From NCBI GenBank assembly GCA_034439715.1, contig JAWXAY010000098.1, forward strand, positions 1-36,994: a DNA stretch of 36,994 nt, in the 5' to 3' direction. The notes under the pieces were generated by a model. It was not told where the DNA came from, ran no database searches, and was given only the letters and a program-made list of their open reading frames with translations. This stretch comes from Pseudomonadota bacterium (GTDB lineage Bacteria; Bdellovibrionota; Bdellovibrionia; Bdellovibrionales; SG-bin7). Position 1 is the first letter of the stretch. The number at the start of each line of letters is the position of its first letter. Positions 30,633-36,994 of the stretch are shown here, piece after piece. The position numbers and the translations under genes were made by a program.

Positions 30633-31327
30633 GCTTTTACCTTTAGCGGAGTTAACACTTCAGGCTTATTGTTTTTAGGTGAGTTGACCATTGAAGAAAT
30701 CTCATGAGCTTTTAAAAGTTTAGCAGCGCATGGCTTAAGTAACTTTTGCAGGTCCTTAATGTTTTCATTCTTAGGATCTAGCCAGTCTTGTTCATCATCT
30801 TTACTAAGAATCACAGGCATTCTATCATGTATCTTTTCCATGAATGAATTAGCCGATGTTGTTATGATAGAAAATGAGTCAACTATCTCGCCTGTATCTT
30901 TAGACACCCAATGCTCCCATACGCCCGCTACACTCATGATCGAATCATCTTTCATTGATATGGCAAATGGCCTCTTAGTATCTTTGGTGCGCTCCCACTC
31001 ATAAAACCCTGTTAGCGGTACAATACAGCGACGTTTTTTAAAAGGGCCGCTGTAGCTTCTCTTTTCTAGAATTTCCTCACCTCTAGCGTTTATGAGACTG
31101 TACTTAGCGGCATCCTTAACATCTTTAGCCCAGAAAGGTACTAAGCCCCATCTGAAGTATCCCAGTTCTTTTTTCTTTTCGCGTATCAAAATAATGGGTG
31201 AGGATTGGGTTGGACACAGATTATAGTTTGGCTTTAAATCTCTGAGCGAGGGGAGTTTAAGCTTCCCAGTGCCATATCTGACCTCTAACTCTTCATCTGT
31301 TACAGTGCTATAGGCTCTGCCACACAT
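30629..31327 (-). CDS. SOS response-associated peptidase (SRAP/YedK/HMCES family)
   Basis: MCGR N-terminus, YNLCPT, RWGLVPFW, INARGE, GFYEW, IHDRMPVIL; AGGAG RBS. Confidence 0.95.
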   Translation of the reverse strand: MCGRAYSTVTDEELEVRYGTGKLKLPSLRDLKPNYNLCPTQSSPIILIREKKKELGYFRWGLVPFWAKDVKDAAKYSLINARGEEILEKRSYSGPFKKRRCIVPLTGFYEWERTKDTKRPFAISMKDDSIMSVAGVWEHWVSKDTGEIVDSFSIITTSANSFMEKIHDRMPVILSKDDEQDWLDPKNENIKDLQKLLKPCAAKLLKAHEISSMVNSPKNNKPEVLTPLKVKA

Positions 31328-31931
31328 AGGCTTATCTCCTGAATAGTGAGGTTGGACTTAACGGGGACGGAAATCAATATTCTATATGGGGTCTTTACAT
31401 GAAAGTTCTTATCGAATGCGGGAAGTGGGACGGCGAAGACTACACTTTTATTTCAGAAGAGGGCGGTACGGAGAGAAATCCGATTCTCAATACGCAACTT
31501 TAGAGCTGATGCGGTGAATAGATTAGAAGAACTGTTTATATCTTTGCGAAAAGAAGGTGAAAAAGTTCTTAAGGCCGTTGAAGTCGGTAAGAAATTTAAC
31601 CTGTAAATATTTTGGAGCCTGGATTTTATTCGGGTTCCATTGAGCTTGTCTTTCTATCATGCACGTGTGCAAGGTTAATTTTGATGCTTGATTTTTGTCG
31701 AGGGTATCAGCGCTTAATTTATTCATTTAACTTCTAGAAAAATTGGTCTTGCTGTGGTGCCTTTAGAATCGCGTAATAGTAGGTGGCATAAGCGCAGAAC
31801 GACAAGGGGACATTTGTCCCATTATAAGAAAAACTAAGTTCTAGTGGAAAAAACTCTTATTTGCTATATTGAGGCGGCCAAATGAACGACGGTCTCTTCT
31901 AAGCGTATATGCGTTTATTCACCAATTAACT

Positions 31932-32032
31932 TCTAGTAAATTTTAGATCTAACTTCTAGTAAAAATATAATATAAAATCTAGTAAATATGTTGATTAATC
32001 TCTAGTAAAAATGTAATATAAAATCTAGTAAA
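31932..32032 (+). repeat. Five TCTAGTAAA direct repeats at exact 23-bp period upstream of the Fic gene
   Basis: Copies start at 31932, 31955, 31978, 32001, 32024. Confidence 0.9.
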
Positions 32033-32057
32033 TACCTTAAAAACGATATACCTGCTT

Positions 32058-33602
32058 ATGGAACAAACTATGGAATACAAACCAAATGAAAGTCTAGCTC
32101 TGGCCCTGAAAGCTGCAAAAGACGCAGCTATTGACGGAGTTTTAGAACATACCTTGATCGAACCAAAACAGCGCGAAATTCTTATGAGGGCCGGGTGTCT
32201 CACCCAGGTTATTCGCGGTTGGTATTTGCTTACTAAGCCGGAGGCTTCGGGAACTTCGACGGTTTGGTATGTAGGTTTTTGGCCATTTATAAGACAGTAC
32301 TTAATGAAGAGATTTGGAAAACAAGAGTATTGCTTGTCTGCTGATGCATCGTTAGATCTTCACTCTGGAGAATGCCATGTTGCTCGACAAATCACAGTAA
32401 TTACGAAAAAGACTTCTAATCAGACTGTGGAGTTACCTGAGGATACTTCCTTATTGCTTTACACTGATACAAAGAATTTTCCAGAAGATCCGGTTAAGTT
32501 AGATGGAATTTATGTGATGCCAATGCCACTTGCTCTTTGCAGACTTTCGCCAACTTATTACAAGAACAAACCATTTAATGTGGAGATTGCTTTAAAGTTA
32601 ATTCAATCCGTATCTGAAATTTCTCGGATTTTACTGAAACTGGGATTAGTTACAGATGCCGGAAGAATTGCAGGTGCATTTCGCGCCATTGGTGAAAGTC
32701 AAAAGGCAGATCAAATTGTCCGCGATATGCAAGCTGCTGGACACTCAGTAACAGAAGAAAATCCATTTCTAAATCATACTCCGGTTTTAACGGGAAGAAT
32801 TAAATCCGCATATGCTGGACGCGTAGAAGTAATGTGGAAGAAAATGCGTGAAACTATAATTGATATAATGCCTGAACCTATAAACGTGGAAGTAAAAAAA
32901 CCTGATCGCGTGGTTCGAGTGATTATGGATCGCTATAGACAAGACGCGTATCATTCATTGTCTATCGAGGGCTATGAAGTTACCGAAGACCTAATTCAAC
33001 AAATTGCTGAAGGAAGATGGAGCCCGGAAACTAATCCAAAGGATCGGGAGCAAATTGATACAATGGCCGCAAAAGGTTATTTCGAGGCGTTCCAGAAAGT
33101 AATAGAGTCAGTTCGCGCAACATTATCAGGAATAAATCCTGGGGAAATTTTCGAACGAGATCTTCAAGATTGGTATAGGGCACTTTTTTCTGCGTCAGTG
33201 CATGCTGGAATTTTAAAACCCGCAGACTTGGCGGGATACCGAAACGGCTCAGTATTTATCCAAAACGCCCGGCATGTGCCACCGAGAAGCAAAGAAGCAG
33301 TTATCGATTCAATGGAGACGCTTTTTAAGCTACTAAAAGAAGAGCCTCATGCAGGAGTGAAAGCCATACTCGGTCATTTTATTTTTGTGTTTATTCATCC
33401 ATATTCGGATGGCAATGGTCGAATTGGGCGGTTCTTGTTAAACCTAATGTTAGTTTCTGGCGGTTATCCTTGGACGGTTATTAGATCAGATAACCGGCCA
33501 CAGTATATGGATGCATTAGAAGCGGCATCTACTGGCGGGAATATAGAACCTTTCGCAAGATTTGTTGTGTCAGAATTAAAGTACTGGGAAAAGCCGCAAT
33601 AG
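32058..33602 (+). CDS. Fic-domain protein with large N-terminal extension
   Basis: Canonical HPYSDGNGRIGR Fic motif; SLSIEG inhibitory-helix-like motif; N-terminal L...G.L..VIRGWY...LSADASL..H segment reminiscent of AbiEi-type antitoxins. Confidence 0.9.
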   Translation: MEQTMEYKPNESLALALKAAKDAAIDGVLEHTLIEPKQREILMRAGCLTQVIRGWYLLTKPEASGTSTVWYVGFWPFIRQYLMKRFGKQEYCLSADASLDLHSGECHVARQITVITKKTSNQTVELPEDTSLLLYTDTKNFPEDPVKLDGIYVMPMPLALCRLSPTYYKNKPFNVEIALKLIQSVSEISRILLKLGLVTDAGRIAGAFRAIGESQKADQIVRDMQAAGHSVTEENPFLNHTPVLTGRIKSAYAGRVEVMWKKMRETIIDIMPEPINVEVKKPDRVVRVIMDRYRQDAYHSLSIEGYEVTEDLIQQIAEGRWSPETNPKDREQIDTMAAKGYFEAFQKVIESVRATLSGINPGEIFERDLQDWYRALFSASVHAGILKPADLAGYRNGSVFIQNARHVPPRSKEAVIDSMETLFKLLKEEPHAGVKAILGHFIFVFIHPYSDGNGRIGRFLLNLMLVSGGYPWTVIRSDNRPQYMDALEAASTGGNIEPFARFVVSELKYWEKPQ

Positions 33603-33609
33603 ATATTCC

Positions 33610-33628
33610 GGTCCCAAGCGGGTCCCAA
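33610..33628 (+). repeat. Putative integrase arm-type sites (GGTCCCAA x2, 11-bp period), right end
   Basis: GGTCCCAAgcgGGTCCCAA, matches 19551-19569. Confidence 0.75.
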
Positions 33629-33684
33629 AACTGCCACTTATTTTTTTAAGTAGCTGATTTACAATAGCTTTTTATTTAGAGATT

Positions 33685-33746
33685 CGGTCTTGAAAACCGG
33701 AGGCCTCGCAAGGGGCTCGGGGGTTCGAATCCCTCTCTCTCCGCCA
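33685..33746 (+). repeat. attR core (duplicated 3' part of tRNA-Ser)
   Basis: 62-bp identity to 19401-19462; lacks the tRNA 5' part. Confidence 0.95.
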
Positions 33747-33868
33747 TTCTTTGTCTACTAAAACCGAGCGAATCGAATAACCCAAAACAAAATAAACACT
33801 TAACGAAGCAATAACCGAGTAAGCTTCCAAGTCCAATATTTCTACACATTTCTGGATATTTCAAAGTT

Positions 33869-33897
33869 TGGTAGGAAATTGGTAGGCGTCTGGTAGG
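33869..33897 (+). repeat. TGGTAGG x3 at 11-bp period (arm-like sites of a second element)
   Basis: Copies at 33869, 33880, 33891. Confidence 0.6.
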
Positions 33898-34005
33898 GAT
33901 CAATATCTTTACTGAACGTGAGTCCACCGAGAGTTCAAATCGTTGAACGTGAATCGCAATCAAACTGTGTCACACGGCTACCGAATTAAAACAGGAGGTG
34001 TGCTC

Positions 34006-34182
34006 ATGGGAATCTTTGATTGGATATTGAGAGCGATTCTCTTTTTCTGGCTTGGGGCTTTTGGAATTGGGTTTGCTGACCTTGCGGTTCAGCTCCAGTC
34101 CGAAGCGATCAAGGCTTATCAGAAGGGTCCACTCAGTGCTTCGAAGTTTACTCAAATGATGACGGGAGAAAATAAAAAATAA
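34006..34182 (+). CDS. Small single-TM protein (58 aa)
   Basis: AGGAGG RBS, hydrophobic N-terminus, followed by a terminator. Confidence 0.65.
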   Translation: MGIFDWILRAILFFWLGAFGIGFADLAVQLQSEAIKAYQKGPLSASKFTQMMTGENKK

Positions 34183-34204
34183 ATTTCTCCCATAACAAAA
34201 TTAC

Positions 34205-34240
34205 GGCCCGATGGCTTAAACCCATCGGGCCTTTTCATTT
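34205..34240 (+). terminator. Intrinsic terminator
   Basis: GGCCCGATGG-7 nt-CCATCGGGCC followed by TTTTCATTT. Confidence 0.8.
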
Positions 34241-34254
34241 TTATCGGAGAATAA

Positions 34255-35001
34255 ATGCAAAGTTCAGTTAAAAGAAAAACCGTGGCCTATTGCCGCGTGA
34301 GTACCGCGCTTCAAGGCTCTGGATTAGAATCACAGGTCAGGCAAGTTCGTGTTTACTGCGAACAAATGGGTATTAAAGATGTAGAGATTTTTACTGATGA
34401 AAATCAATCAGGGGCAAAACAAAATCGTCCAGCATTAGACCGCATGATGGCGGCTGTAAAAAATAATGAAGTCGAGCAAGTTATTGTGCCTGCCTTTTCA
34501 AGGCTTGCCAGAAGTACAACACGTTTATTAAAAGCTCTTGATGAATTTAAGGCGAATAACTGTTCTTTTATTTCATTGTCCGAAAGATTGGACACTTCAA
34601 CCGCCGCTGGAAAAATGGCGTTCACTGTGCTGGCAGCTGTCTCTCAACTTGAACGCGAATTAATAATCGAAAGAGTTAAGGTTGGATTAGCTAACGCTCG
34701 AGCCAAGGGGAAATTAATTGGCAGAAAGAAAATGCGAAACTCCGACATGATTCGCGCACTTCGAAAAAAAGGTCTAACCTATAGATCCATTGCCGACCTC
34801 TGTGGCTGTTCGCACGGCTCGGTCCACGCGGAAATTTTGGCAATGAAAAAAGAAGATGCAGCAAAAAAACTTATCGAAGAACAAGAAAATCTTAAAAAAC
34901 TTCAAGAAGAAATGCAAACAAATTCCCTTGGAGTTGAGATTCCTGCGGTGGCCAACAATTTGGACACAAAAGATAATGATACCAATATAGAAAAGATTTA
35001 A
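34255..35001 (+). CDS. Small serine recombinase (resolvase/invertase type)
   Basis: AYCRVST catalytic Ser, SG...RPAL, SRLARS, LERELIIER, GKLIGR, C-terminal HTH. Confidence 0.93.
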   Translation: MQSSVKRKTVAYCRVSTALQGSGLESQVRQVRVYCEQMGIKDVEIFTDENQSGAKQNRPALDRMMAAVKNNEVEQVIVPAFSRLARSTTRLLKALDEFKANNCSFISLSERLDTSTAAGKMAFTVLAAVSQLERELIIERVKVGLANARAKGKLIGRKKMRNSDMIRALRKKGLTYRSIADLCGCSHGSVHAEILAMKKEDAAKKLIEEQENLKKLQEEMQTNSLGVEIPAVANNLDTKDNDTNIEKI

Positions 35002-35091
35002 ATGTTCAATTCTGGGCGAGAGCTCTTCTCGCCCTCCGACCTCACCAACGGCAGACTCTTGCCGACAAAATAATTTAATTAAAAAATATCT

Positions 35092-35721
35092 TTAATGCGA
35101 TACCAAAGTAAGCTTTGGTTTTTTCTTGATGGACGCTTTTTCAAGTTTGAGTCTTGGTTTCTGACGTCGCCCGATTCTTAGATTCATAAACTCAAGATCA
35201 AAAGATTTAGAGTTATATTTTCGGCCATAATTAGTTTCACTGTACCATCCCACCATCTCTTTGTGATTTTTATTTTTAGGGTTCGATACCGCTTTTTTAA
35301 ATTCCTCAAAGCCATGCGGGCCACCCCAATCTTCAGGTGGAGCCGAATATTCCCCGTCAACGCAGACGGGATATTTCTCAGTTAAGTCAGCGTCGATAAA
35401 TTTTTCAAAGGTGATGTTATGAGACCACCAGTCGCCAAAATCATAAATAAATTTAAATTCAGAATGCTTTTCGACAATTTTTCCAACCTTATATTTTGAA
35501 TCATCAAGCCATCCTTCAAACTCCATATCAATTTCTGGATCAGAATATTTCTTGCCGTCGATTTCAAAAAGATAGCTGTGATAACCTTTCCACCAAAACA
35601 CATCTTGAATGGCGTAACGTAGAGTTCTTAGCGACGAATTTTCTAAAATTAAAATTCTCCGCCAAATACTTGGGTTTGTATCGTCTAAAGAAATTTTTAG
35701 TTGTACTGCTCTTGCTAACAT
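35092..35721 (-). CDS. Plasmid pRiA4b ORF3-like protein
   Basis: LKISL...IWRRI, FIYDFGDWWSH, P.CVDG...PPED.GG..G. Confidence 0.88.
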   Translation of the reverse strand: MLARAVQLKISLDDTNPSIWRRILILENSSLRTLRYAIQDVFWWKGYHSYLFEIDGKKYSDPEIDMEFEGWLDDSKYKVGKIVEKHSEFKFIYDFGDWWSHNITFEKFIDADLTEKYPVCVDGEYSAPPEDWGGPHGFEEFKKAVSNPKNKNHKEMVGWYSETNYGRKYNSKSFDLEFMNLRIGRRQKPRLKLEKASIKKKPKLTLVSH

Positions 35722-36137
35722 TGGGGCCTCTTTGGCGATGAGTTTAAATTAACTGACGTGGGAAAACAAGAATGCTGTCCAAATTACAGGGCAGCGGTCG
35801 CTATCGTGAGATTAATGAACTGAAGTGGATAAGGGACTTGGGCTTCAGGTAAACGTATGATCGATCAGCCAATTGCGGATTAAATCGCTATCTCATTAAG
35901 ATAAATTACAGGGCTGCGCTTAATTTAAGGACCGCGAGAATACGTTTCGCGGTCGGAATCCGAGTGTGAATAGTAACGCAGCTACGAACGATTTTGAAGT
36001 AATCCGATGTGATTGCGCAGGAGTGATACCTCCTAAAGAAATTGCCTTAATTCTTGCGACTCCAATTACGTCCACGGGAACTACCGAGCAAAAGGAAATC
36101 TACATTTAGGAATTTGCATTTGTGCCGATATTTAAGC

Positions 36138-36479
36138 ATGGCACGTGTATTTTTTATTTTAATACTTTGGTCGGGTGCTTTTGGCTGGACTGAGGACACT
36201 AAAATTTCTACGCCCTCTAATCTTTCATTGGGTCTTTCTGCAATAAAAGATTCCGAAACTCGTGATGGTTTAAAAAAATATTCTGAAATTTTGGGAGTAG
36301 GAAGCTATTTTGGCAACGAGGGAAGTACTTTTAGGTATCAAAATATCGGCATTCGAAATTTTTTCAACAAAACAGTGAAGCCTTCTCAATGTCTAAAAAA
36401 ATTGATTTCGACTTACTATCAAAATGTTGAACAGCGAGGTGGATGGGTGGGGCCACTGAGGGTAGCCCCAGGTGAGTAA
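36138..36479 (+). CDS. Possible exported protein, 3' end overlapping the IS remnant
   Basis: Signal-peptide-like MARVFFILILWSGAFG; converges into the transposase tail. Confidence 0.4.
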   Translation: MARVFFILILWSGAFGWTEDTKISTPSNLSLGLSAIKDSETRDGLKKYSEILGVGSYFGNEGSTFRYQNIGIRNFFNKTVKPSQCLKKLISTYYQNVEQRGGWVGPLRVAPGE

Positions 36480-36994
36480 GGATTTTTTCGATGACTTTTT
36501 TTTCAATAATGGCTGCAATCACTTTTACATCGCCGCCGCATTTACCACATTTTGTGATGTCGATCTGAAAAACTCGCTTCATTAATCTTCCCATGAGATT
36601 TGCGCAGCCGATGCAGGGGGTTTTATTTCATTTTTGTCTAGCGAGTTTTTTTGCACTTTGTTTTTTAGCACCACTTGGGACCGCGCCTTGGAGTTGGGTG
36701 CAAAGACCCCGTGGTAACGTATCATGTGCATTCTAGGTGGTGGCACGAGGCTAGCTAGTTTTTCGATAAACTCCAGCGGGTCAAAGAGTAAGCGTGTGGT
36801 GCCGTCTTGGTAGGGGGAGTTCATTTTGTAGAGGATTTGTTTTCCGTCGGGAGAAAGCAAAACTCTGTCGTTAGCTAGTGGCGGTCGGTTAATGCATTTG
36901 CATAGCCTTTCGAGCTTTGCCCTCTCATGGGGCTCACACAGAGTGTTGGCGTGAAGGCTAAAGCTCATGTGCCTCGCACACTTGGGGCCGGTGA
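36364..36994 (-). pseudogene. IS91-family (Y2) transposase C-terminal part, frameshifted; continues beyond window
   Basis: FSLHA...LERLCKCINRPP...DGT...PLEFI..LA.LVPPPR.H..RYHGVFAPN, then W..LMKRVF.ID...C..CGG in another frame (shift near 36590). Confidence 0.85.

Larger units (their letters stand above)
19401..33746. mobile_element. Integrated 14.3-kb phage-satellite-like element (PICI-like architecture, podovirus-type morphogenesis genes)
   Basis: 62-bp direct repeats at both ends; integrase beside the left end; AlpA/Xis, primase-helicase, origin and TerS present; no recognisable capsid, portal or TerL. Confidence 0.88.

Noticed and set aside
31399..31726. Short ORFs between SRAP and Fic (34 aa +, 67 aa -)
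   Set aside because: No clear RBS or motif; cannot be supported as genes.
31932..32032. CRISPR array
   Set aside because: The 9-bp repeats with 14-bp, partly duplicated spacers are too short, and no cas genes are present.
33685..33746. Second tRNA-Ser gene
   Set aside because: Lacks the 5' acceptor strand and D-arm; it is the att duplication.
19401..33746. Intact autonomous prophage or ICE
   Set aside because: No recognisable capsid, portal, TerL, tail or lysis genes, and no relaxase or T4SS.

Overview
Bases 1-19.46 kb are core chromosome: ligA (partial, minus strand), gatCAB, ppx/gppA, DUF192, a LysM-type lipoprotein, PilZ, rho, rpmE, prfA, prmC, murA, cyclophilin, HIT, a GYF/TPR protein, serS and tRNA-Ser(TGA). 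This gene content and order suggest a Bdellovibrionota-like host (inference, from recall). A complete 14.3-kb element is integrated in the tRNA-Ser 3' half, bounded by an exact 62-bp direct repeat (19401-19462 / 33685-33746). It encodes a tyrosine integrase, an AlpA/Xis-like HTH, a Prim-Pol/AAA_25 replicase with an iteron origin, and a small terminase. It also carries a partial set of podovirus-like (BPP-1/epsilon15/T7-type) head and ejection genes, but no recognisable capsid, portal, TerL, tail or lysis genes. It therefore looks like a phage satellite of a podovirus helper, with SRAP and Fic cargo. Right of attR is probably a second, tandem island (own arm-like repeats, serine recombinase, pRiA4b ORF3-like gene, degraded IS91-family transposase). 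Family calls come from motif recognition by eye; no searches were run.
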